NCBI RefSeq assembly: GCF_003611695.1
Contig: NZ_RAWE01000122.1
Span: 1 to 28,986 of the forward strand
Direction of reading: 5' to 3'
Length of the DNA: 28,986 nucleotides
DNA from: Corallococcus carmarthensis
GTDB lineage: Bacteria > Myxococcota > Myxococcia > Myxococcales > Myxococcaceae
The notes under the pieces were generated by a model, which saw only the letters and a list, made by a program, of their open reading frames with translations, had not been told where the DNA came from and made no database searches. The position numbers were made by a program, and so were the translations under genes. Shown here in pieces: positions 1-7,524 of the stretch (position 1 is its first letter; each line of letters begins with the position of its first letter).

Positions 1-158
1 CCACCCAGCCGTTCCCCCCCGACCTCCACGTCTGGCCCCTGCGCGAACAGGAGCCCCAGGTCGTGGAGGTGGTGGCCCTCTGGCCCTCCGGCGGCCTCAG
101 CCCCGCCGTCCGGTCCATCCTTGACGGGGTGCGACGTCGCCTGAACAAACGACGATAA
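1..158 (+). CDS. 3' end of a CDS that runs off the window edge; the C-terminal tail resembles LysR-type transcriptional regulators
   Basis: Frame 3 is open from the window edge to TAA at 156-158. Translation is ...DLHVWPLREQEPQVVEVVALWPSGGLSPAVRSILDGVRRRLNKRR. The pattern LW..GG.LSPAVR.F.D is typical of LysR substrate-domain C-termini. Confidence 0.35.
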   Translation, partial: TQPFPPDLHVWPLREQEPQVVEVVALWPSGGLSPAVRSILDGVRRRLNKRR

Positions 159-251
159 TCCGACGAAGACGTCGAATTCTGCCGGATTTCCGTCGTCCAG
201 TGACATGCGTATTCTTCAGGAGTCCTGTTTCTCCAGAAGGAGCCGCCCGCG

Positions 252-1847
252 ATGACCCCCACGGAACGGACCATTGCCCGCCTTCCCGCCCACCTGCGCC
301 GCTACGTCGTGGGCCAGGACTACGCGGCGTACACGCCTCGAGACCAGGCGGTGTGGCGGCACATCCTGGGGCAGCTGCGGGAGCACCTGAGCGACAAGGC
401 GCACCCCGTCTACCTGGAGGGCCTGGAGGCCACGGGCATTGGCGCGGAGGCCATCCCCAGCCTGGACGAGATGAACGAGAAGCTGTCCAAGCTGGGCTGG
501 GCCTGCGTGGCGGTGCGCGGCTTCATCCCGCCGGCCGTCTTCACGGAGCTGCAGGCGCTGGGTGTGCTGGCCATCGCGGCGGACATCCGCACGCACGAGC
601 ACATCCAGTACACGCCCGCGCCGGACATCGTCCATGAGAGCGCGGGCCACGCGCCCATCATCGCGAACGCGCGCTACGCGCAGTACCTGAAGGCCGTGGG
701 GCTGGTGGGGTTCAAGGCCATCGCCAGCGTGGAGGACCAGGCCGTCTTCGAGGCCATCCGCAACCTCTCCGTGGTGAAGGAGGACCCCACCGCCACCGAG
801 GAGGAGATCGCCCACGCACAGGCCCGCCTGGAGGCCGCCAACGCCAGCCACCGCTACATCAGCGAGAGCACCCGCGCGAGCCGCCTGTACTGGTGGACCG
901 CGGAGTACGGGCTCATTGGCGACCTGACGCGCCCGCGCATCTACGGCGCCGGCCTGCTGTCCAGCATCGGCGAGGCGAAGCACTGCCTGACGTCCGCCGT
1001 GCACAAGCTGCCCCTGGGCGTGGCGTGCGCGGACACGGACTACGACATCACCCGCATGCAGCCGCAGCTCTTCGTGGCGCGCGACTTCGAACACCTCTTC
1101 GAGGTGCTGGCCGAGTTCGAGGCCACGCTCGCGTGGAAGCGCGGCGGGGACCTGGGCCTCCAGGAGGCGCTGCGCGCTCGCACGGTCAACCACCTGGTGC
1201 TCGCGGATGGCCGCGAGGTGACGGGCAAGGTCGTGGAGCTGATGCCGGCCGCGAAGGACGTGGCCCCGGGCCTGTCCACCGCGCTGGCCCGGCTGGAGGG
1301 CCCCATCCTCACGTCGATGAACGGTCTGGCCCTGGACAAGCCGTTCAGCGGCGCGGCGCTGGTGGCATTTGGCGCGGGCAGCCTGCCGGAGCGCGGACGA
1401 TTCAAGCTCACGCTCGACAGCGGGCTGGTGCTGGAGGGCTTCGCGGTGGGCGGCGGCGAGGTGATTGACCTGAGCGGCACGCTGGCGGGCCGTGAGCTGC
1501 CGCTGCCGTCCATGGCGCGCCTGTACCTGACGGAGCGGCTGCCGTCCGTGGCGGGCGGCCCCGCCGACCCGGGCACGTGGGACAAGTGGTTCGGGGAGAT
1601 GGATGCCTTCACCGCGGGCGACGGCGAGGCCCAGGCGCGCGAGCGCAAGGCGCAGGCCCTGCATCCGTCGCTGGCCGCCCTCTACACGGAGGTGCGCCGC
1701 ATCCGCGAGACGGGGCAGCTGGCCCCCGAGCGGCTGGAGCAGATTGCCCGCGCGTCCACGGACTTCCCCACCGACTGGCTGCTGCGCGCCGAGGTGGCGG
1801 AGCTGCGCGGCGAGGTGCCCGCGCGGCGCGACACGGCGCACGCGTAG
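252..1847 (+). CDS. Biopterin-dependent aromatic amino-acid hydroxylase (phenylalanine-4-hydroxylase-like) catalytic domain plus an unassigned C-terminal extension of about 230 aa
   Basis: Translation contains the iron-binding signature PAPDIVHESAGHAPII (PDxxHExxGHxP). It also contains YGAGLLSSIGEAKHCL, which closely matches mammalian PAH YGAGLLSSFGELQYCL. A GGAG lies 8-10 nt upstream of ATG 252. Bacterial PAHs are about 270-300 aa, whereas this ORF is 531 aa. Confidence 0.85.
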   Translation: MTPTERTIARLPAHLRRYVVGQDYAAYTPRDQAVWRHILGQLREHLSDKAHPVYLEGLEATGIGAEAIPSLDEMNEKLSKLGWACVAVRGFIPPAVFTELQALGVLAIAADIRTHEHIQYTPAPDIVHESAGHAPIIANARYAQYLKAVGLVGFKAIASVEDQAVFEAIRNLSVVKEDPTATEEEIAHAQARLEAANASHRYISESTRASRLYWWTAEYGLIGDLTRPRIYGAGLLSSIGEAKHCLTSAVHKLPLGVACADTDYDITRMQPQLFVARDFEHLFEVLAEFEATLAWKRGGDLGLQEALRARTVNHLVLADGREVTGKVVELMPAAKDVAPGLSTALARLEGPILTSMNGLALDKPFSGAALVAFGAGSLPERGRFKLTLDSGLVLEGFAVGGGEVIDLSGTLAGRELPLPSMARLYLTERLPSVAGGPADPGTWDKWFGEMDAFTAGDGEAQARERKAQALHPSLAALYTEVRRIRETGQLAPERLEQIARASTDFPTDWLLRAEVAELRGEVPARRDTAHA

Positions 1848-1884
1848 GCACGGCCTCCCTGAACGACAGACGGATGACGTGAAA

Positions 1885-1920
1885 CGGCCCGGTCGACCTC
1901 CTCGTGAGGTCGCCGGGCCG
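1885..1920. terminator. GC-rich hairpin between two convergent genes (candidate bidirectional terminator)
   Basis: cggcccggtcgacctc / ctcgt / gaggtcgccgggccg gives a stem of about 15 bp with one bulge. It lies between the PAH-like gene (+) and the LysM gene (-). Confidence 0.5.
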
Positions 1921-1952
1921 AACACTTTCCGGAGGGCTTTCGCTGCCGGGGA

Positions 1953-3590
1953 CTACGCGTTGCGGCGCACCATCGCGACGTCGTAGTGGCGGTCCGTCAC
2001 GTAGCCGTTCGCGGCCTTGCCGGGGCGGTACATGTTCCCGGTCTTGTCATCCACGTAGAAGCGGTTGTTCGGGTTCGTGTCCTTGCCCTTGCTGGCGTTG
2101 GTCGTGCCCGGGTCGTGGAACGTGTAGTAGGTGCGGCCCTTGTCGTCGACGCCACGGCCCGTGATGGTCACGAAGTGGTCCGTGAGGCCGTCCGCGTTGT
2201 AGGTCGCGTCCTTGTGGCTCACGCCCACGACCACCGGCTTGCCGGAGTCCAGCTGCTTGTCGATGTAGTTGCGGCCCTCGGCGGCCTTCTTCGAGTCCAC
2301 CGTCAGCGCGCCGACGCTGTTCTCGCTCTTGCCCACCTGGATGCGGCGGTCGGGGCCCAGGACGTTCGCGCCTGACGCGCCCGCCATCGCCGTCGCGGCC
2401 TTGAAGCACGCCGTGTCGCTCGCGGTGTAGCCGTGGCCGTTCTCGAACTGGCTGTAGTACGGCACCTTCACGTGCACCGCGGGACGGTCCTTGGCCCCGG
2501 CCACCTGCTGCGTGTCCGTGCGGTCCGCCTCCGTGGTGGGCTTGGAGGTGTTCGTGCCCGGCTTCGAGCCGTTGCTCACCGACGGGGGAACGACGCCCGT
2601 GTTGGTGTTGCCCGGCTTGGAGTCGTTGCTCACCGACGGGGGAACGACACCCGTGTTGGTGTTGGCCGGCTTCGTCGTGGTGGCGCCCGACTGCTCCTTC
2701 TTGAGCAGGGCCAGCGCGTCCTTCACCTCCGACTTGAAGCGGTTGGCCACGCCCTTCTGCACGTCCTTGGAGTTGCCGGAGAAGTGCACCAGGGTGCCGC
2801 TGGCGTTGGTGCGGCCGCGCTCGGCGTAGATGTCCTTGATGAGCTGCTCGTCGCTCACCTTCGCGGGATCGCGGCCGGCCAGCGCCTTCTTGAAGATGTC
2901 ATCCGCCGCGCCCGGGCCATGCTGCACGGAGGTGGACCAGGCCACGTCGCGCAGCGCCGCGGACCGCTTGTCCAGGTCGATGCCCGTCGCCTTCTTGATG
3001 TTGGCCGCGCCGGGGTCGTAGTGCGTGGCCTTGATGTAGTCGTGCTGCGCCTTGTCGAAGCCCTTCGGGTCCTTCGCCGCCAGCTGCTTCCACGCGGAGG
3101 AGAACTCCGCGGAGCCCGGCTTGCTGCCCGACAGCGCCTTGTAGAAGTCCGGGTTCGTCTTCTTCAGCGAGTTGACGAAGGACTGCGCGGACCCGTTCGC
3201 GGACGCGAACTGGTAGGAGCCGTAGGACACGCCGCCCTTGTCGCCCTTGCCCGTGGACACGGTGCCGGGGCCGCGCGCCTCGTACTTGCGGCTCAGCCCG
3301 CCCAGCTCCCCGCCGGCCGTGCTGGTGGAGGACGTCGTCGTGGAGGGCGTCGTCGCCTTCGCGCCGTCGGTGGACTGCGTGAAGCTGTCGCCCGACGTCT
3401 TCGTCCCCGCGCTCGACTTGGTGCCCTTCGTCTCGAAGCCGTCCTTCACCTTGAGCTGCTGGCCCACCAGGATCTTGTTCGGATCCTTGATGTTGTTCGC
3501 CTTGGCCAGATCCGCGACAGAGGTGTTGTAGCGCTTCGCGATCTCCGAAAGCGTGTCGCCAGAACGGACGCGGATGTTGGAGACGGTCAT
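1953..3590 (-). CDS. Multidomain peptidoglycan-directed protein: N-terminal LysM, a central domain with a GGxSYGxYQ motif (muramidase/GH108-like, tentative), two 18-aa tandem repeats, and a C-terminal C39-like (papain-fold) cysteine peptidase domain. No signal peptide.
   Basis: The LysM consensus [42 protein letters not shown] sits at the N-terminus. The repeats are [18 protein letters not shown] / [18 protein letters not shown]. The C-terminal part has [10 protein letters not shown]...[14 protein letters not shown] and a downstream DHFVTITG, giving a Cys/His pair in C39_2-like order. An AGGGGG Shine-Dalgarno-like motif lies upstream of ATG 3590. Confidence 0.7.
   Translation of the reverse strand: MTVSNIRVRSGDTLSEIAKRYNTSVADLAKANNIKDPNKILVGQQLKVKDGFETKGTKSSAGTKTSGDSFTQSTDGAKATTPSTTTSSTSTAGGELGGLSRKYEARGPGTVSTGKGDKGGVSYGSYQFASANGSAQSFVNSLKKTNPDFYKALSGSKPGSAEFSSAWKQLAAKDPKGFDKAQHDYIKATHYDPGAANIKKATGIDLDKRSAALRDVAWSTSVQHGPGAADDIFKKALAGRDPAKVSDEQLIKDIYAERGRTNASGTLVHFSGNSKDVQKGVANRFKSEVKDALALLKKEQSGATTTKPANTNTGVVPPSVSNDSKPGNTNTGVVPPSVSNGSKPGTNTSKPTTEADRTDTQQVAGAKDRPAVHVKVPYYSQFENGHGYTASDTACFKAATAMAGASGANVLGPDRRIQVGKSENSVGALTVDSKKAAEGRNYIDKQLDSGKPVVVGVSHKDATYNADGLTDHFVTITGRGVDDKGRTYYTFHDPGTTNASKGKDTNPNNRFYVDDKTGNMYRPGKAANGYVTDRHYDVAMVRRNA
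2557..2664. repeat. 54-bp direct tandem repeat (2 units, about 93% identical) inside the LysM gene
   Basis: cccggcttcgagccgttgctcaccgacgggggaacgacgcccgtgttggtgttg is followed by a near-identical unit. It encodes the [13 protein letters not shown][D/G]SKPG repeats on the minus strand. Confidence 0.9.
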
Positions 3591-3721
3591 GGGGAGCCCC
3601 CTCGTGTCAGGCCGCGAACACAGGCGCCGCGGACGTGCTTGGATTGCCGTGATTATCGAAAGGCAATGCGATCAGTTTCGCATCCCCAGTCACAATCGTG
3701 TCAAACCAGTGATTCCGGCAA

Positions 3722-3757
3722 CTTCAGTTTCAGCGGATCGATCCGCCGTGACTGAAG
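3722..3757. promoter_or_regulatory. Palindromic element in the AT-richer divergent intergenic region between the LysM gene and the 3782 gene
   Basis: cttcag-tttca-GCGGATCGATCCGC-cgtga-ctgaag has a perfect 14-bp core palindrome at 3733-3746 flanked by 6-bp inverted arms. A second inverted repeat, attgcc-N13-ggcaat, lies at 3643-3667. Confidence 0.35.
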
Positions 3758-3781
3758 AACCCGCTCAGGAGGCCCAACCGG

Positions 3782-4816
3782 ATGTCCAGGATCCAACCGG
3801 ATTTCAAAAGTGTGGCAATACTGTTTGCCATTTGTGTCACGGGCGCAGTCCCAGACGCCTCGGCCCAGGGGCCTGAAGGACTCACCGGGGTCTATTCGAA
3901 CAAGCAGGGACGCCTGGCCATCGTCGAGGGGAGCAACGAGACGCTCGTGCACTTCTCGGGGTCGTTCCCGCAGGGCAACAGCGCGGGCACCTGCGATTGC
4001 GCGTGGGTCGTCCAGAAGAAGACGGCCACGGCCTGGACCCTGGGCCAGGCGGACGACCCGGAGCCCTGGACGCTGCGCGTCAATCCCAAGCAGTTCGTCC
4101 TGGAGTCAGGCCCGACGCCTCAGTGTTGCGGCGCGGGCTACCCGGGCAAGGACACGTTCGCCCGGAGCACGTCCAAGCCGCTGGGCATCTGCAAGGTGAA
4201 GGCGTCCAAGGCGGGCTTCCACGCGTCGGACGCGGCCAACACCGCGCGCAAGGCGTTCGTGGTGTCCGGCGACGCGGTGGAGGCGTACGTCGACCCGGTG
4301 GAGCCGGACTTCCTCGCCGCGCGCTTCCAGGGCCCGCAGAAGGCCACGGCGGGGCTGCTCAAGCGCGAGGACCTGGACTGCTCGGCGGAATCAGCGCCCA
4401 CGGCCGCCAAGGCGCCGGTGGCCGCGGACAAGCTCCAGCCTTTCGCGGGGACGTGGGTGGAGCTGACACGCCAGGGAAAGGGCTTCGTCGTCCTCAAGCC
4501 CTGTTCGGCCGCGACGCGCAGCTTTACCGTCAAGCCCGCGACGGGCGAGGTGGAGGTGCAGTTGGGTCAGGAGGCCACGACGCTCAAGGTGACGTCCGTG
4601 GAGCCCGGAAAGGGCACCGGGGCCTGGGTGCTGGGGCTCACGGCGTCGGACGGCAAGCCGGAGGCGCTCCAGTGGAAGACGGCCGACGCCGCGAAGGGCA
4701 CCGTGACCGTCACCAGCCCGGACCTCTTCTCCCAGAGCCACGACTACGTGCGCCAGGAGAAGAAGTCCGGCTTCCCGTCCAAGCAGGAGACGGGGTGCGA
4801 CGAGTACGAGCGCTAA
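3782..4816 (+). CDS. Secreted hypothetical protein with an N-terminal signal peptide and several Cys pairs
   Basis: AGGAGG lies 9 nt upstream of ATG 3782. The N-terminus MSRIQPDFKSVAILFAICVTGAVPDASAQ is signal-peptide like. The 344-aa ORF has GC3-rich codon usage. Its stop overlaps the stop of the convergent 4813..6381 gene. Confidence 0.6.
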   Translation: MSRIQPDFKSVAILFAICVTGAVPDASAQGPEGLTGVYSNKQGRLAIVEGSNETLVHFSGSFPQGNSAGTCDCAWVVQKKTATAWTLGQADDPEPWTLRVNPKQFVLESGPTPQCCGAGYPGKDTFARSTSKPLGICKVKASKAGFHASDAANTARKAFVVSGDAVEAYVDPVEPDFLAARFQGPQKATAGLLKREDLDCSAESAPTAAKAPVAADKLQPFAGTWVELTRQGKGFVVLKPCSAATRSFTVKPATGEVEVQLGQEATTLKVTSVEPGKGTGAWVLGLTASDGKPEALQWKTADAAKGTVTVTSPDLFSQSHDYVRQEKKSGFPSKQETGCDEYER

Positions 4817-6381
4817 CGCGCCCGTGAACGCCGCCGGGCGCGGAGAACCCCGCCGAGCAGCAGCGCGACGAGCGCACCGGACAAGGGGCCTCCCGCCGCC
4901 TGGCAGCCACCGTCATCGTCCGGCGTGCGCGGATCATCGATGGGCTCCACGGGCCTGCCAGCGTCGACGGTGCCCGCGTCCATGCCGGCATCGGACGTCC
5001 CGGCATCGGCGGTCCCGGCGTCCGTGCCCGCATCCTGGGCATCGAGAGGCGCGCAGGACGCGGCCTGACCGGTGGCCGCGATGCACAGCCGGCCATAGCG
5101 CCCCAGCCCTTCGTTCCGCCCGTCCACGACCGCGACCACCACGCGCGTGGCGTCGCCGGAGGCCACCTGGGCGCGCAGGGCTTCAGGCCCGTCCGCGGTC
5201 ACCACTCGAAGCACGGCGTCGTCCGTGACGGCCGCGAGGACCAGGTGCAGCGCGGCCGGGTCGGTGCCCGGCTCGGGCTCGAACGAGGCCCCCACGAAGG
5301 ACGCGCCGCCGGGGACCTCGAAGAGCCGCGAGGCCGCCGCGGCGACGCGCACGCGGTCCTGCGTGTGGGGCAGCGCCACCGCCGGCGCCGACACCGGCGC
5401 ATAGCCCTCCCCTCGCGCGTAGCCGAACCCTGGCGTCGCGCGCGGGCCGGTGCCCAGGTTCCACGTGGCGAACAAGGTGAAGGCCGCGTCGAAGCTGGAG
5501 GCGAAGTCGCGGCGCAGGCAGGTGTCCAGCAGCACCGGCCAGCGGGCCTCGGGCTGCCGCACGGACTCCTCCAGGAGCGCGACGAGCGCACCGTCTCCGT
5601 AGTGCTCGCCGAGGAACTGGAAGAAGAGCCCCGCGCCGTAGGTGAAGCTCACGCCCGGCCCTGCCGGGTCCAGCGTCAGGGTGCTGTCCGGGCTGATCAT
5701 GTAGCCGCGGGTGAAGTTCTCCAGGTCATCGAGCGCGGGCTCGAAGCGCTCGGTGGCCCAGACGGCGGTGCCTTCCGAGGCGATGCCGCCCAGGCCGGGC
5801 CGGTAGGCGGCCTGGACCGCGTGGAAGAACTCGTGGCTGGAGAGGATCTCCACGGCCTCGGAGTCGGACGGGTAGCTGTAGCCCGCGAAGTCGTTCTCCT
5901 GAAGCATGAAGCCCGTGCAGCGCGTGGTGCCGTCCAGGCAGGTCTCCTGGCGGAAGGCGCCGTCACCAATCCCCGCGAAGTCCACCAGGTACACGTCGAA
6001 GCGGCCATCGCCGCCGTCGTCCCCGGCCGGATTCGTGTCGTCGGGCGGCAGACGGAAGCCCAGGCCCGCGTAGAACGTCGCCACGCGTTCGTAGGTGCGC
6101 CCGACGAGCTCCACGAAGTCGGGCACGCCGCTGCCATCCGCGTCCGCCGCGGGCACGGCGTGCTTGCCCTGACGGGTGAAGTGGATGCGGAAGCGCCCGC
6201 CCGGCGACAGCGCGGACTCCACCGTGTCCTCGGGCAGGTAGCGCGGCTCGGGCGAGGTGGGCGAGGTGGGCCGGCTGGATTCGGCGGCCAACCCTGCCAC
6301 GGCCTCCCGCTCGTGCGGGAGGCCGCGCGGGGTCCCCGCGCCAGTCAGCAGCAGCAGCAGCGTGGGAACCCCGAGCGTCAT
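4813..6381 (-). CDS. Secreted HExxH zinc-metallopeptidase-like protein with a DAGT-repeat linker and a MYXO-CTERM-like C-terminal sorting tail
   Basis: The start is taken at the internal Met MTLGVPTLLLLLTGAGT (signal peptide). Its ATG overlaps the TGA of the upstream lipoprotein gene in an ATGA arrangement. The motif SSHEFFHAVQ (HExxH) is present. The C-terminus has the repeats DAGTDAGTADAGTSDAGMDAGTVDAG, then GGCQAAGG...LVALLLGGVLRARRRSRAR, matching the GGC / hydrophobic / Arg-rich pattern of MYXO-CTERM. The ORF track extends it to 6798, but that part overlaps the upstream gene. Confidence 0.6.
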   Translation of the reverse strand: MTLGVPTLLLLLTGAGTPRGLPHEREAVAGLAAESSRPTSPTSPEPRYLPEDTVESALSPGGRFRIHFTRQGKHAVPAADADGSGVPDFVELVGRTYERVATFYAGLGFRLPPDDTNPAGDDGGDGRFDVYLVDFAGIGDGAFRQETCLDGTTRCTGFMLQENDFAGYSYPSDSEAVEILSSHEFFHAVQAAYRPGLGGIASEGTAVWATERFEPALDDLENFTRGYMISPDSTLTLDPAGPGVSFTYGAGLFFQFLGEHYGDGALVALLEESVRQPEARWPVLLDTCLRRDFASSFDAAFTLFATWNLGTGPRATPGFGYARGEGYAPVSAPAVALPHTQDRVRVAAAASRLFEVPGGASFVGASFEPEPGTDPAALHLVLAAVTDDAVLRVVTADGPEALRAQVASGDATRVVVAVVDGRNEGLGRYGRLCIAATGQAASCAPLDAQDAGTDAGTADAGTSDAGMDAGTVDAGRPVEPIDDPRTPDDDGGCQAAGGPLSGALVALLLGGVLRARRRSRAR

Positions 6382-7430
6382 CACGGCAGGTAGGCCCACC
6401 GCAGGCGGATCGACCCCGCGCTGGTCGACGAGCTCACCGAGCCCGTCGTGTCGCACTGCGCCTGCACCGTGGGCTCGTAGTACGCCTTGACCTGCAGCTT
6501 CGCGTGACGGCCGTCCGCCAACTGGAGGATGTAGACCTTGTTCGTCATCTGGAGGCAGCTGGCGTAGGTCCAGAACGAGAGGGTCTGGGTCGCCGGGCTG
6601 CCCAGGCCATACTCGTCCCCGCTGAACGTGCAGGTGTCGGGGGTGTAGTAGTTCTCCGTCTTGAACTGCGCATCCACGGGCACGGACGTCACCGATTCGA
6701 ACGTCGTGCCGTCCGGCGTCTGCGCCACCGCCACGCACGACGGGCCGGAGACGCCGCTGTTGAAGCGGACGACGTACCGGCGCACCGCGACGTCCCACGC
6801 CGTCGAGCTCAGCGCGGCCTGGTCATCGATGGCCACCTTCTGGAGCCCCGTCGCCGTGAAGCGCGCGTAGGTGTACGACTCCGGCACGCTCGTGCCACCC
6901 GCGCGGCCGTCCAGGAACGTGAGGAACTCGCCCTGCGTCGTGCCCTCCTCGGTCACGCCACCGCTGGCGACGACGGTGCGGAGCCTGAGCCGGTCGATGC
7001 TCTGCTCCGTGCAGGCCACGGTGTTGCGGCACAGCTCCGCGCCGCCGTCCGTGGGAGTGCCCGCGTCGGTCTCCGTCCCGGCGTCCGTCTGCGTGCCCGC
7101 GTCCGTCTGCGTGCCCGCGTCGGTGCCCGTCCCCGCGTCCGTCTGCGTGCCCGCGTCGGTGCCCGTCCCCGCATCCGTCTCGCCGCCGGTGCCCGCGTCG
7201 TTCTCGGGCTCCTCGGGCGGCGTCAGGGTGCGCAGCTCGCACGTGTTGTCGGCGGTGCAGACGTACGCCTTGCCCGTGGGGGCCGCGCCCAGATCGCGGC
7301 AGTCGAATGCGTCCACGCACTCGTCGCCGTTGCATCCCGGCACCACCGCGGCCAGCGCGAGGGCCGCCAGGACCCCCATGCCGTACCACCGCGCGCCGCT
7401 CTTCCGGACCACCCCTCCAGGGTTGCTCAT
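6381..7430 (-). CDS. Lipoprotein with a Cys-rich N-terminal module, a TDAGT(Q/G) hexapeptide repeat linker and a C-terminal domain of about 220 aa with unknown function
   Basis: From ATG 7430 the N-terminus is MSNPGGVVRKSGARWYGMGVLAALALAAVVPGC, with a VPGC lipobox. AAGGTG lies 6 nt upstream. Alternative starts are GTG 7439 and ATG 7379. The linker is TDAGTGTDAGTQTDAGTGTDAGTQTDAGTQTDAGTETDAGT. The gene lies 85 nt downstream of the MVP stop on the same strand. Confidence 0.7.
   Translation of the reverse strand: MSNPGGVVRKSGARWYGMGVLAALALAAVVPGCNGDECVDAFDCRDLGAAPTGKAYVCTADNTCELRTLTPPEEPENDAGTGGETDAGTGTDAGTQTDAGTGTDAGTQTDAGTQTDAGTETDAGTPTDGGAELCRNTVACTEQSIDRLRLRTVVASGGVTEEGTTQGEFLTFLDGRAGGTSVPESYTYARFTATGLQKVAIDDQAALSSTAWDVAVRRYVVRFNSGVSGPSCVAVAQTPDGTTFESVTSVPVDAQFKTENYYTPDTCTFSGDEYGLGSPATQTLSFWTYASCLQMTNKVYILQLADGRHAKLQVKAYYEPTVQAQCDTTGSVSSSTSAGSIRLRWAYLP
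7051..7200. repeat. About 8 tandem units of an 18-bp repeat (gtgcccgcgtccgtctgc and variants)
   Basis: Seen directly in the sequence. It encodes the TDAGTx repeats of the lipoprotein on the minus strand. Confidence 0.9.
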
Positions 7431-7524
7431 CGTCTTCACCTTTCGATGCGGAGTCCCGCCGTCGTTCGAAAGGGACGATCTCTATTCGATAACGATTCTC
7501 ATTTTCAATATCGTTCTCCCAACT

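Noticed and set aside
216-1925. 569-aa minus-strand ORF antisense to the PAH-like gene, plus the 200..637, 893..1468 and 1040..1648 ORFs
   Set aside because: The translations are low-complexity and Arg/Gly/Ala-rich with no motifs. They are frame shadows of the strongly supported + strand PAH gene in GC-rich DNA.
2433-3755. 440-aa + strand ORF overlapping the LysM gene
   Set aside because: It is the antisense shadow of a gene with clear LysM and peptidase motifs. Its translation is Arg/Leu/Gly-rich and meaningless.
6382-6798. N-terminal 139-codon extension of the 4813..6798 ORF
   Set aside because: It overlaps the 3' end of the well-supported TDAGT lipoprotein gene in another frame. The internal Met at 6381 gives a proper signal peptide and an ATGA-coupled start.
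7051-7200. Possible CRISPR array suggested by short tandem direct repeats
   Set aside because: The 18-bp units are contiguous with no spacers and lie in-frame inside a coding region, encoding peptide repeats. This is not a CRISPR array.
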